Origin: the human T2T-CHM13v2.0 reference genome, Homo sapiens
Length of the DNA stretch: 64,000 nucleotides
Assembly (NCBI RefSeq): GCF_009914755.1
Contig: NC_060938.1
Direction: 5' to 3' (one strand)
The translations under genes and the position numbers were made by a program. Below the pieces are notes generated by a model. The model had not been told where the DNA came from. It saw only the letters and a program-made list of their open reading frames with translations, and made no database searches. Positions 48,800 to 62,455 of this stretch are shown in pieces. Positions within the stretch are counted from its first letter, which is position 1. Each line of letters starts with the position of its first letter.

Positions 48800-49030
48800 A
48801 ATCGAAAACGAAATTAAATAAACACTATATTCACGGAAATGACTACCTGCTGGGGAAAGGAAAATTAAAGGAAGAAATATAAGCATATATTCATATGCAA
48901 TGACATTCATAACGTTCTATTTCTTATAAAGAATGGTGAATTTATAGTTGTTCACTTAATTTTCATGCTTCATCACTTGCATATATGCTACAAATGTTCT
49001 ACGTACATCATATATTTATTAATAAACATT
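48800..49030 (+). mobile_element. L1ME-type 3' UTR end
   Basis: AACGTTCTATTTCTTA...GGTGAATTTATAGTTGTTCACTT...CATATATTTATTAATAAA. Confidence 0.55.
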
Positions 49031-49312
49031 AAATACTAATTTGAAACTTTATTTGTATAATGATGACAAAAATAATAGCATATTTACTATCTAGGGAACT
49101 GTCGTTGTGCATTTTATATTCATTTGCTCGTGTAGGTTTTCTTGCAGGAGTTGGGAATGAGAAAAAATGTAGAAAAGGAGAAACAGCATCTTTAATGACA
49201 GATTGAATTTTCATTCTAAGGGCAGGAAATCATAAGATATTTGAAGAAGTTTATTCAAAAAATAAAAGTTGAAAATAATATACACAGCATTTTGTTTGGA
49301 AAATCGTATTCT

Positions 49313-50937
49313 ATTTTTTTTCAACTTTTATTTTAGATTCAGGGGATACATGTGCAGATTTGTTACCTGCACACTATTGCATGATATTGAGTTTTGGGGT
49401 ACTAATGATCTCATCACTCAAGTTCTAAGCATAGTACTCAATAGTTAATTTTCCAATCCTTGATCCTCTTCCTCCCTCCCCTCTCTAGCGGTTCCTAGAG
49501 TTTCTACTGTTGCCATCTTTATGTCCGTGAGTATACATTTTTTAGTTCCCACTTATAAGTAAGAACGTGTAGTATGTGGTTTTCTGTTTCTGGATTCATT
49601 TGCTTATGATAATGGCCTCCAGCTGCATCTATGGTGCTGAAAAGAATATGATCTCATTGTTTTTCACAGCTGTGTAGTATTCCGTGGTGTATACGTACCA
49701 CATTTTTTAATCTGATCCACTGCTGATGGGCACCTAGGTTGACTCCATGTCTTCCCTATTGTGAGTAACACAGTGATGAACATACAAATGCATGCAGGTT
49801 TTTTTTTTTTTTTTTTTTTTTGGCAGAATGATTGGTTTTCTTTTGGATATATACCCAGCAATGGGATTGTTGAGTTGAATGGCAGTTTTGTTTTATGTTC
49901 TTAGAGAAATCTCCCAACTGCTTTCCATGGTGGCTGAACTAATTTACATTCCCACCAACAGTGTGTAAGTGTTCTTTTTCTCCACAGCCTCACCAGCATC
50001 TCTTTTTTTTTTTTTAACTTTTTGATAAAAAGCATTCTGACTGGTGTGAGATAGTATCTCATTGTGGTTTTGATTTGCATTTTTCTGATGATTAGTGATA
50101 TGAGCATTTTTTCATGTTTATTGGCCACTTGTGTATCTTATTCTAATAAGTATCTGTTCATGCCTTTTTGCCCATTTTTAATAGGGTTATTTGTTTTGGG
50201 TTTGTTGAATTATTTAAGTTCCTTATAGATTCCAGACATTAGACGGTTGTCAGATATATAGTTTGTAAATATATTTCCCATTGTGTAGTTTGTCTGTTTA
50301 CTCTGTTGATAGTTGCTTTTGTTGTGCAGGATCTCTTTAATTTATTTAGGTCCCACTTGTCAATTTTTGGTTTTGTTGCAATTGCTTTTAAGAACCTTAG
50401 TCATAAATTCTTTCCTAAGGCCAATATCCAGAATGGTGTTTCCTAAGTTTTCTTCTATGATTTTTATAGTTTGAGAACTTACACTTAAATCTTGAGTTAA
50501 TTTTTGTGTATGATGACAGACAGGAGTCAAGTTTCATTCTTCTGCATATGTTTAGTCAGCCATCCCAGGACAATTTATTGAATAAAAATAAGCAGTGGTC
50601 CTTTCCCCATTGCTTATTTTTGTTGACTTTGTTGAAGATCAGATGGCTGTAGCTGTGTAGCTTTATTTCTGGGTTCTCTATTCTGTTTCATTGGGGATAC
50701 CCATACTGCCCAAAGCAATCTACAAATTCAATGTTATTCCTATCAAACTACTAATGTTATTTCCACAGAACTGAAAAAAAAAAACTATTTTAAAATGTAT
50801 ATGTAACCAAAAAAGAGGCCAAATAGCCAAAGACACCCTAAGCAAAAAGAACAAAGCTAGAGGCATCACATTACCTGACTTTAAGCTATATTATAGGGTT
50901 ACAGTAACTAAAACAGCATGATATTGGTACAAAAACA
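49313..50937 (-). mobile_element. L1PA15/16-like insertion with 5' inversion (minus segment 49313-50694, inverted plus segment ~50701-50937)
   Basis: Antisense L1PA 3' end (TTTCAACTTTTATTTTAGATTCAGGGG). ORF 49901-50128 is the ORF2p C-terminus (IKTTMRYYLTPVRM...TLTHCWWECKLVQP). TSD GAAAATC[GTA/ATG]TTCT at 49299-49312 and 50938-50951. Confidence 0.93.
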
Positions 50938-51779
50938 GAAAATCATGTTCTTATTCATGTTCTTATTATTTATTCAGCATGTCTCACAATCCTATTGCAA
51001 ATAATCACTCGGGAAAATTTTGAGATTCTATATTTCTCAGGAAATTCAAACAAGTATTCATCCCTGTTTAAAAGAAATGCAGGGAAAATCAGCATTTGAA
51101 AGTCACTTCTCATATCTGACTTTAAGTAAATTTAATTTACAACACCCACGTAGTTTCTGCAACTTCACATATTCAATCCCCTTCCAACACAATCATATGC
51201 ACACTTACAGATCATATGAGTGAAATAACGAGAGAATGGTTCAAATTTTCTATCTGATCAGAAATATAGGTTCCATCATAGGGCTTTCTCTATTTTCAGG
51301 GGATAGGAATCCACAAGCCTCTAGAGAGAACTGCAAAAGTAAATGAAGACCAAATATAGGAACAGTATCTCTAGTTTACCAAAAACATCTTGTCACCTAC
51401 TGGGATATCTACTGTTAAAAGCAGCAGCTGGAGAATCCATCTCCTCCCCATCCTTTCAAAGAGGAACATACCTGTTAAAGCTCAGGAGTCAGGTGGCTAG
51501 CTGCCAGCTGTGCTTGCTGAGGTGGCTTCATCCATACCATTCAGCCACATAAATGAGAGAGATTCCTTTTCACTGTGGCTCATTTCTACAGGGTGGGTAA
51601 TGCCAAGAGGCCCTGTGATTGCCTTGGCAGGCATTTCTTCTTAATAGTGATGTTTCCCAGCGGCTGAGGGAACAGGTTGCTCCTAAAACACTAATAAAAT
51701 CTCTCCCTGTCATCTCTTTTCTTGGATAAGGGAATAAGAATTTGTAAAATAGAGTAAGAGATAAAAAGAGTTTTCTCTT

Positions 51780-52330
51780 TCTCCTTACCTATGAATTCAT
51801 CATCCAAACAGGCCTTGAATCTGTCCATTTCTCCTGGTTCACACAAAGCGACTTTAATTTGGGCCATTTTGGTCTTTCACCACAACCGTTCTCTCTGCCT
51901 CTCACGTAGTTCTCTTCTCAGACTGTGGCCTGAGCAATCTTCCTACGCTTCAAGCGTAGACAGTAACTCTCCCACTGATACCATTATAACAGTTCTTCGT
52001 CTGCTGAATGTATTCATTCAATAACATTCTAACTCCTTAAGTGATTGGCACATTCGTTGAATCTCAACACTGCCCAGCTCTTTCCTGTAGCCTTGCTTCC
52101 CGCCTCTCTTATTCTTCAATCTTCTGAAATGCTTTCAGTTCCTGAGATACCCAGTGCTCAGGAATGGATGCCATATGCTCTCTCTTGCCTCCTGGTTGTT
52201 TTCAATGCTGTTCTTTTGCCAAATTTTCTGCACTCCACCTCCAGAATCTTTCTCCCTACCACATATATTAAAAAATCGGTGATTCTACTCTTGCTAATAG
52301 TTACTGGCTTCCTTTGAAGTCTCCATAATC
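51780..52330 (+). mobile_element. L2 fragment
   Basis: TTGAATCTGTCCATTTCTCC...CTGTGGCCTGAGCAATCTTCCTA...TAACTCCTTAAG...CTTTCAGTTCCTGAG. Confidence 0.6.
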
Positions 52331-52349
52331 TTACTTTAAGAGGCAGCTG

Positions 52350-53440
52350 TTAATATAAAATCACAAAAAGATGCAACTTTATACTCATAAAATTTACAAA
52401 AGTGATAAAATCTAGTCATTCCAAGGGCTGGTGAGAATGTGAAGTCAGGTGAGGTATCGTATATTGCTAGTGGGAATATAAACGAACTCAACCACTTGAG
52501 AGAATAATATAGCATTATTTGGTAATGTAAGGATAGAAATACTAAGCCTCTGCAATTGATCTGTTATGTAGGTATATATTCCTAATGATGTTCTTTTATG
52601 CCCCAGCAGAAACAGAAGAAAATTGTTCACAATATAATCATGGGTAAAACATAGTTTATTTATACAACAAAATGTACCACAATTCATTTCATCAATAGAA
52701 ATAAATACAATTTCAGGCCGGGCGCGGTGGCTCACGCCTGTAATCCCAGCACTTTGGGAAGCTGAGATGGGATGATCACTTGAGGTCAGCAGTTTGGGAC
52801 CAGCCTGGCCAGCATGGTAAAACTCCATCTCTACATAAAATACAAAAATTAGCCAGGCATGGTGGCAGGCACCCGTAATCCCGGCTACACGGGAGGCTTC
52901 GGCAGGAGAATCGCTCAACCCAGGAGGCGGAGGTTGCAGTGAGTCAAGATCACACCACTGCACTCTAGCTCTGGGTGACAGAGCAAGACTCTGTCTCAAA
53001 AAAATAGAAGAATAAATAGAATTTCCAAATGTACAGTGAACTTTCAATATTAAACATTGAACACAGGTACATTTCAAAAATAAATTATTGAATAAAACTG
53101 AATTCAAAGACTGACTGTAGTGAGTCAAAATTACATAAAACTGCATAATATACTTAAAATTTTGTTATATACATCCTATTTTTTAGCTATTGACTTATGG
53201 AATGAACTTATAAGGAAAAGTAAGAGAATTATTAACATGAAAACCAGGATGGTTACCTTTGTGTGGAAAACATCATGTAATTATTGGGGAACATACTGAG
53301 GGCTTCAAAGCCTCTGAGACGTTCTGTGTCTTAAGTTTTGTAGTCTGCATATGGAGTGTCAATTTACTCTTATTTAAAATAGCACATATAAAATTATATA
53401 TACGCTTTTACATATGATATACTTTCTAATAAAATTATAA
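52350..53440 (+). mobile_element. L1ME3-like 3' region, split by Alu
   Basis: CCAAGGGCTGGTGAGAATGTGAAG...TTGCTAGTGGGAATATAAA; CAGGATGGTTACCTTTG...GAGGGCTTCAAAG...ATACTTTCTAATAAAA. Confidence 0.75.
52716..53010 (+). mobile_element. AluSx/Sz-like, full length
   Basis: GGCCGGGCGCGGTGGCTCACGCC start; TSD AATAAATA[C/G]AATTTC. The 233-aa ORF 52445-53146 is read through the antisense Alu. Confidence 0.97.
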
Positions 53441-53499
53441 GCAAAAAGGCTGAAATATCTAAACCATGCCATAAGTAAAATAGAGCTTTATAGATGATG

Positions 53500-54380
53500 T
53501 TATAGCGCAAAGACTTTCATAGATCCACCGTCTGGACAGAAGTACTTAAGAGGTGACAAGGAAAGCTAAAAGCTACTGAAAATGATTCTTCTTCTAAGTG
53601 CTTTATCAATAAGAATGAGCCTTATGGGGATGCTAAAGAAAAAACATGGTCTCATGTAGAAACTGCATTCATAATAGGTTAAGATATGTATAGGAATTAC
53701 CTTAGTATTTCTAATGAATGCAAACTCAAGATTCATGAAAATTGGATATCAGGGGCTGAAAAATCTTACCAAGATAAGTAATTATCTTCTTATTCATGAT
53801 TTTATTGAAATACATAAATTGGACATTAAAATGCAAGATCATGTTCAGTTTGTCTCATGCACCATTAATTCATTTAAAATAGGGAAACCTTCATTACCAT
53901 AGTATAGTTCAAAGAATATGTGTTGAATGAATGCATAAAACTTTTTAAAATGTCAGTGTGATCTTTAAAAATTAAAAGCAAATGGGAGATGTATAATAAA
54001 ATTGGGAACAAATAAATATATTTCTGATGCTTTATGAATTGGAGAAAACTGATTTCTAAAGCTAAAATTTAAGGAACTTGACATTGCTTCTCAACAAAAT
54101 ATACATATTGCAAAATACATTTTATGTAAACAATTCAAAAAGAATATTATCGTCCTCAGCAGGCAACAGCTATTGAATAAGAGGAATTTATTCTGAACAT
54201 CAATTTAGTTGGGTTTCAAATGGGCCAATACTCCGAAAGATATTAGTAACAATTTGAGAGGTAGGCTCTAACCTGTGCTTAGTCAGTCTCTGTGCACAAT
54301 TTTTACTACAACTTAACAATATATAAAAGCTATATATTTGTACATGTTACCATGCTTGCTTTGACAGCAAGTAACTTTAA
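53500..54380 (+). mobile_element. CR1/L3 ORF2 (pre-RT and RT) remnant
   Basis: GGTGACAAGGAAAGCTAAAAGCTACTGAA...ATCAATAAGAATGA...ATAGGTTAAGAT...TAATGAATGCAAA...CAGGGGCTGAAAAATCTTAC follows L3 order. GLKNLTKISNYLL resembles VLKELADVIAEPL. GGCTCTAACC...ATTTTTACTACAACTT...TTTGTACATGTTACCATGCT corresponds to the GSxLGP..F...FADD region. Confidence 0.6.
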
Positions 54381-54381
54381 T

Positions 54382-54620
54382 AATGACAATGATAATAGTT
54401 AAGATTTTTCAAAAATTTTCATGGGCCAGGCACTAAGCTAAAGGTCCACATGCTTCATCTCATTCATGAATAGTTACTATTATCATTCTTCTATCATAGA
54501 TAAATAAACTTAGTGAACCAATTGCCTTGCCCACTAATACACAGTTAAGTGGCAGAACCAGACTGGAATCCAGGCAGCACACTCCAATAGTGCAGGTACT
54601 CTGATTTGATATACACCTGC
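54382..54620 (-). mobile_element. MIR inserted in L3
   Basis: GCCAGGCACTAAGCTAA...TTGCCCACTAATACACAGTTAAGTGGCAGAACCAGACTGGAATCCAGGCAG. Confidence 0.8.
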
Positions 54621-54624
54621 TTCC

Positions 54625-55340
54625 TAGATGTCAAAACATTGGAATAATCAGCCCAAACAAAGTAAATGCAAAGTAAATAAGTTCCACATACAGATTTAAG
54701 AAAATCAGTACACTGTTACAGAGAGAGGGAGAATAATTCTCCACCAAACTTCTCCTTGACATGCTCAAAAAAAGAAGACAGTGTGATATAGTGGTCAAAA
54801 AAGGTGAAAATTATTTTTGGCTGAATTAATGTAAAAAACAAATTGTTTCCTGACATATGAATGTAACTTGGCATCATATTCTGTACATGATTACAGCACA
54901 CCTAAAATTCTGTTGAATTCTGGATGATTTTAAGAAGTATTTAATACCTGGTTAGAGAGACTAAGATATAAACACATCTGAAAAGCATATTGTAGGAGGG
55001 ATAGTTGAAAGAATTTGAAAAACTTCACTGTAAAAGAGTTTTGGTTGGACACAGCAATTTTCTCAAAATAGCAGAGGACCACATAGAAAAAGAAGAATTA
55101 GACATTCCATGCAATTCTTTGTGCAGAACCATACCTGGTTTAGTAAATTGAACTCATCTCAATATGCTGAAGAAGAGTCCATTAGGACCTGTCCAAATGG
55201 CATATGTGAGCTAAGGAGATACTTAAGAGTTGAAGTTGAAGATGAATGAACACCTATCAAAACTATTATACTGGTCCTTTCTGCACTGAGTGGGAGGTTG
55301 AACTTGATGAACTCTAAAGTGTCTTCAATTTCTCAGATCA
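54625..55340 (+). mobile_element. CR1/L3 3' part and terminus
   Basis: ACAGTGTGATATAGTGGTCAAAAAAGG...TTTTGGCTGAATTAAT; terminus TGAGTGGGAGGTTGAACTTGATGAACTCTAAAGTGTCTTCAATTTCTCAGAT. Confidence 0.75.
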
Positions 55341-55974
55341 AATCTTATATGTGCATTTTAATTAAAATAAGACAGAGGAAAAGATTATCACTTTTCTTCC
55401 CAATTTTATTCTGCACTAGCTAAATAAAAGTGTAATTCAATTTAAATGGCTTACAACCCTTCTGATCTCAAAACTATATTCTGTACAGTATATGTATGCC
55501 ACATGGAGTATAGGCAAAACAGCCTGCATTTTAGTTTTAATGAATAAATAACTTTAAAGGACCAATATATGCATGCATATTCCCTATGAACAAGATAGCA
55601 TTTATAGACTAAACATTAGGTGCCTAAAAATACAGTTTATAAAGTTTTATTTAGCAGTTAGAACACAGTTGTGAATTATTAATTTTGTTTTTAAGTTTTA
55701 CATAAAGCATTACTAATTTTACCCATTAGCAAGGAAGAAACTGCCTAATTGGAGGTCTTGGGAGTATTGCATGCATAAAGAGACAGAATCATGCACTGTC
55801 TGCACATTTGCTCACCAGATTGAGCAATGTCCCTCCTTATGGGAGATGCTTATCTTAGGAACTCTCTGTTGCAATTCATCATTAAAACAAAGATGATATG
55901 CTTATCTCTTCCAAAGCCCAAATTTCTCAATGCTGCCTTTCTGCTGAAGTATCTTCCTATAATATTAACCATGA

Positions 55975-56150
55975 GTAGTGTGGGTGTTTGTTAATTTTGG
56001 AATCTGAAGGAGTGTGTTTCTGACCAGCCTTCACCATAAGCTTGTTGTGTGACCCTTGATAACCTGTACTGATCTCTTTGGATGGACTAACAGAAATTAT
56101 TCAGTTTCCCAATTTACCTCACAAGGACATTGAGCAACTCAAAGTTATTC
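55975..56150 (+). mobile_element. MIR fragment
   Basis: TTTTGGAATCTGA...TTGTGTGACCCTTGATAAC...TACCTCACAAGG. Confidence 0.55.
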
Positions 56151-57239
56151 CGTCGAATACTTGTTATTTGCTGTACATTTAGCTAGCTCCAGGGGAACGG
56201 GGGGTATAAAGTAAAGACAGTGCCCTGGAAAACTTCACTAATTTCAAGATCAAAAAGAAAAACATTTTGCAAGTATGAAATATAAACCTCTCAAAGCCAA
56301 GTTTCTCATATGTTTTCTTTATACACTGAATAGTGCTTGGAATGTGGGAAGTTCTTGATAAGCCTGAGCTTTTGATATAAATTATCTCAAATAATTTCCA
56401 CTTAGCCTTGACATCACTATATTATTCACATTTCACACATGAAAAAAAATTAAGCAGAGAGAGGCAAAATTGGCAGAACTGGGATTAAAACAGGTTATCT
56501 GCATAATGTTTCTAATAAAGTATATTGTTAAGATATTGCAGACACTATATCTATGTAGCAAAACTCTGAGCGAGCTCTATAATTAGTGAAAGCGTTAATG
56601 GAGGAACAATGGATAACTAAGTAATTAATGAATCTGGTAAAAATATAAATGTGATAAAAAGGAGTCCATGTAACCTCACTCAAGTTTTAACCACAAATAT
56701 TTAAGGCATTATTCTTTGCCTCAGTTTTGATTTCCTTTTAGCTTCACATTCAGTATGAAGCTAAAATTTACTTGTTTCCTCTCCCAAGTTCAAGGCTAGT
56801 TCCCAGTGAAAAGTAATCCTGCATTAAGCCTCATGAAACATCCTGACGGTGGAAGATAATTTCCTCCTTTGGGAATTCCCAAGGTTTCCTGGGTCGGCCA
56901 TATCACAGCTGTTTCCTGCTCACTCAGCTCTCCCTCTTCAGTTCATGGTTCTTTGTGATTTTTCCCGACTTCTGATCTTTTAATTTGAAAAGTATAACTG
57001 TCATGAAGGAGAAACTACCCTTCCCAGATTCTGATTTACAATCTCCCTATATCAAACAAGGGCATGCACGTTTTGCTGTGGACCACATACCTTAATCTTG
57101 CCCTCAGCATACTTATCTCTGTCCTTTCTTTAATGTCATTGAAACCTCTTAATTTGTCTTGTCTTAGCATTCCTGGTCATATAGCCATTTATTATCCTAC
57201 ACTGGGTTCATAATTTGTGAATTTTCTTCTTTTTCAGGA

Positions 57240-57639
<400 letters not shown>

Positions 57640-59004
57640 CTACTTAATTCTCCTGTAGACGGATGATTTCTACTGAACTGCTTTGAGATACTGAAGTACA
57701 AGACAGGATTTGCAAAAAAAACAACTCTCTCTTGTTGGCTTTCTCTATTTTGCAAAGATCTCATAATAGAACGATGGATTTTCAGGTAAATACTGTATTT
57801 AGTATTCCCTACTATGCATTAAATTTACTTGAATTTCATACCCAGAGTAGCTCATCCCTGTAGGCTCATAACCTGTTGTTTAATAGAAGAAATAATATAA
57901 CTGCAAATCATCTGCCCTAACTGTTTCAATGAAGAAGCAATCATTTCTATGCTTCTTTAACAAGTATTCAAAGTGTAATCACAACAAGGCTACTTATTCA
58001 GAAACTGAAGAAGATGCTTATGTCCCTAAAGATGCTGACAATACGTTAAGACAAAAGAAGACATTCTGGAAGCACTGTCATCCTCCTTTTAGTTTTATAC
58101 TACACCATTACCAGGACAACCTTTCTGTCCACTCCAGTTTGAAGGTAGAAACTAATGTCAAGGGAAATTGTAGTACCACATTTGATTCAGAAATATGGAG
58201 AATTTATGCTAGCACAAAAACATGGATTTAGTTCCCTCTTTTGAGAATGAGAACAGCTTGGAAGGAATCCAGTATGGAACTTGGGCTTCTATTAAATGCC
58301 ATGACCTTCAAACTTTCTCAATAGAGATGGTAGTTAGTAACTGCCTCAGAACATTTGCTGCAAACCTAGATGACTTTGAAATTTACAAATGATGAAGTAA
58401 ACAAATAACAACAATAATGAAAGCTATAGAATTCAAATCTTTAAAAGCATTTTAAGCTTTGAATTAATGGTGTGTTGTATTCTGTTGTAATAACATATTT
58501 AGTATTTGATTGTGTAATCAGAATATTGAGATTATGGCAATAGTATAAATTATTCATTTTAAAGCTTTGGTATATATATTAAAATAATTAATATAGACAA
58601 GTATTACTGGGTTTTTAGAAAAATAAAACATATTGAGAGGTTTATCTAGATGTTGTAATTAAAGAAGTTATTTTCTCTTTGAATTCACTGATTGAATTCC
58701 CTTCCAGATACTACAAAGCATATTTCTGTTAATTCTCTATCCAAATAATTTTGTTACATTTCTCCCTTATGAACATGTACACCACCACCATCCAGACAGA
58801 ATGTTTATATTTAATACAATGTTCTATGAATTTAAAATTATACATACATTTTTTGACTTTTGTTACTGCTGTATCAAAGCTTTATCAAATGCTTAAGTCA
58901 ACTTTCAATCAATCATTACACATTCCTTTTAGTATTAGGAAGATTATCCTCTTGTTTCTTGTATTCTTTTTATTTTGTAAGTGTAAGTTCTTAATGATTC
59001 TATA

Positions 59005-59435
59005 AGATGCAAAATTTATCAAAATATGAAAGTCCAGTTCTGTGATCAGCCAATTTAATGGTATTAGGAAACTATTGTTTTTCTTTTCTGTATATGCATG
59101 CATACACTAACACATACACACACACACATATATATATAACATGTATGTGTGTGTATAGCATGCATGTGTGTGTGTATATATATGTATATATATAAAATAA
59201 TGTTTACATTTTAAGGTTATTCATCTGCATAATAATTAAGGATTAGTGGTATGTGGCGAACATTTATAGTAATTAACCTTACATTTACTTTGTTAAACAA
59301 TGTTAATAGTTTTCCAAATCTCATGCTTAACCTATGTAATTATAATGCTCTATGGAGATTCCCCTACAGGGAGTGATGACTAGGTTTTCAGTTTTATTGC
59401 TCAAGTAAAGGGATTGAGGTAGGATTTGGGGGAAG
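59005..59435 (+). repeat. Copy 1 of a dispersed ~400-bp direct duplication
   Basis: Collinear with 61691-62075; e.g. TAATGCTCTATGGAGATTCCCCTACAGGGAGTGATGACTA is identical in both. Confidence 0.95.
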
Positions 59436-60126
59436 AGGATGAAGCACTTTCAAAAGCTTTTTCCAGAACTTGATGATAAGTTGACACTTGCTGTTCCACC
59501 CAGAAATTTCTAGAGCAAAAAAATAGTAAAACTCCTAGGTATCTCTAATCATGGTAGCCATCATTCTAACATGAATATGTTACATAAGATTGAATATAAT
59601 TAATACTAAAATTACAATCTGTTAACTAATCAATAAATGCAAAGGACTAATATTGGAGCATCCACACTTTGACAGTAAAGTAATGAGGAATTGAGAGAGT
59701 AAGTGAGTGAAATGAGAAGAAAGAATCCTTCAATGGGTGAAGAAAAAGGAAATAAACAATAGGACAGTTGCCTATTTTCACAATTTTGAAACAGCCAGTC
59801 CTGCTTCTTTTCCATTTTTAATGCATAAATTCAAGCTACCCTCATAAATGCCCAGAGTTTAATAGTAAAGCCATGGACATGCCTTGCTGACATGCAGTTT
59901 GATTAGCATAAGAGTGGCAATCTGTGGATTGAGTACCCTACTTTGTATTTGCTTTAAGGCCTATTGCTGCCCACTGAAAAATGGTGCAGCGCCATATGGA
60001 TGTGCTGAACAAAGACACCATATAGGTGCGAGTTTGAGCAAGGGAAGAGTGAAGAAGAGAGAGAAAGCAACCACTCAGTGTTTCTAGAGCCAGGGAAAGC
60101 ATTTTACATTTTCCAGTCTGTCACTT

Positions 60127-60638
<512 letters not shown>

Positions 60639-61690
60639 CAGTCTGTGACTTCTTAATCAGCAAAGTTATAATGAGACTGAAATAAACGGTAGGGAATTTA
60701 AACCTGTCCCTTTACCCAGAGATTAACAGTCTTGGTTACATAAACTACGGAATGATTAAATTTAATATACAAAGAAAGGACAGATTCCCAAGAGGAGTAG
60801 ACATTTAGGAACCATGAAACCAGGTTAAATTAAGCCTCAAAGAGTAAAAACTGGGTCCAAGTCCACAGTATCATATAACATCATATAAGTGGGCAGAAAC
60901 TGGGTACCCAGAAAGCTGATGTTTGGATATAAAAACAAAAATTAGGCTGATATAGAAAAAAACATGAATGTCAAAATTTAACTTATTAATTTAATAATTA
61001 ATTCAAGTGAAGTTAAAGCATCAGCAATAAATTACCTGGTGATCATACCTTAATGAGACTGGTATCTCAACCTCATATACTTCCTACCAAAGTGACAAGA
61101 AACAGGATTTTCTAAAATTTCATAAGATTTATAGAATTTAGAAAGCAGGCAGACACAAAGAGATACCTTCAATCTCTCTAGATTCTTATGTCAATTATTA
61201 TAAATAATGAGTGTTATGTGTTTTCTGAAAATACATAACAGAAACTTAATTAGCCTAAACACTTCATTTGTTAGTAGTAAAACAATTTAGAACTAAGGGC
61301 TAAAATAACAACAAAATGTCCCATCTCAAGCTAAAGATAATACAATAAGGAAAGCAAATGTACAATTTCTACACAAGTGAAATGAACAAAAGAAAAATAC
61401 AGCCTCAACCATGTGAAATTATTTAGTTCTGGATCATAGAGACTGGGAAAGACTTTGAGATCATCCTCTATTTGGGATTGATTATACCAATACTTTATGC
61501 CTATTATCCTTTTACTTGCAAGTGTGTAGCAGTTCTCTATGTTTCTTTATTTTATTCCACCCTTGTGAAACTAGTGATTGTACTAGATATCTTGGAGAAT
61601 TTCCTACATACCTCAGTTTGGCCTTTAAGGCTATAGAATAGCTGGATAAGGAGAACTTGAAAATATAAATCTAGCCAAGAGTTAAACATA

Positions 61691-62075
61691 ATAAATCCAA
61701 AATTTACAAAAAAATGAAAGCCTAGTTCTGTGACTAGCCAATTCAATAGTATTAGGAAACTATTTTTTTCTCTTTTGTATATGCACACACACATTAACAT
61801 ATATAACACACATATCTGTGTGTATAGCATGCATGTGTATATATATAATGTTTTCATTTTAAGGTTAATCTGCATAATAATTAAGGATTGATGCTATGTG
61901 GCTAACATTTATAGTAATTAACCTTATATTTATTTTGTCAAACAATGTTAATAGTTTTCCAATTCTCACACTTAACCTATGTAATTGTAATGCTCTATGG
62001 AGATTCCCCTACAGGGAGTGATGACTAAGTTCTCAGTTTCATTTCTCAAGTAAAGAGATTGTGGTAGGGGTGGAG
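61691..62075 (+). repeat. Copy 2 of the dispersed ~400-bp direct duplication
   Basis: Collinear with 59005-59435. Confidence 0.95.
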
Positions 62076-62289
62076 GGATAAGGAGTTTTCCTTGAAGAAT
62101 TTGAGTACAACACATGGAATTTTCTCTGTCAAATTATTTTACCCAAGCATTGTATAATATTTCTCTGAAATTCCCATGACTATAATAGTGGGGAATAATA
62201 TAATTGTATTAATTAAACCGTGTGTGTGTGTGTGTGCTGATAGAACTGATGAAAAAACAAATTAGACTAATAAAAACACCATTAATACA

Positions 62290-62455
62290 TATTCATCATA
62301 ACATATAAGATAGACACTATTATAATTTCGATTTTGCAAATTTGTTAACTAAGCCTCTTAGTGGGCTTTATTAACCAGATTAAGATCAAACAGTTAGTAA
62401 ATTGTAGAGTTTAGGTCTCTCGTCAGAGAGACTAGCTTCACTTTCCATGTTGTAC
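62290..62455 (-). mobile_element. MIR fragment
   Basis: TTCATCATAACATATAAGATAGACACTATTATAAT...TTTTGCAAAT...AAGATCAAACAGTTAGTAA. Confidence 0.55.

Noticed and set aside
51330-51700. Higher-GC block between L1PA and L2
   Set aside because: Could be an old LTR or unique DNA; I could not assign it with confidence.
52445-53146. Longest ORF (233 aa, minus strand)
   Set aside because: Reads through an antisense Alu and L1ME sequence; typical Alu-derived peptide with no coding support.
57929-58231. 100-aa ORF in apparently unique DNA
   Set aside because: No recognisable domain, splice context or promoter; length is within chance expectation.
62415-62432. 7-bp hairpin GTCTCTC-GTCA-GAGAGAC, and the 13-bp direct repeat at 19376-19408
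   Set aside because: Short enough to arise by chance or trivial slippage.
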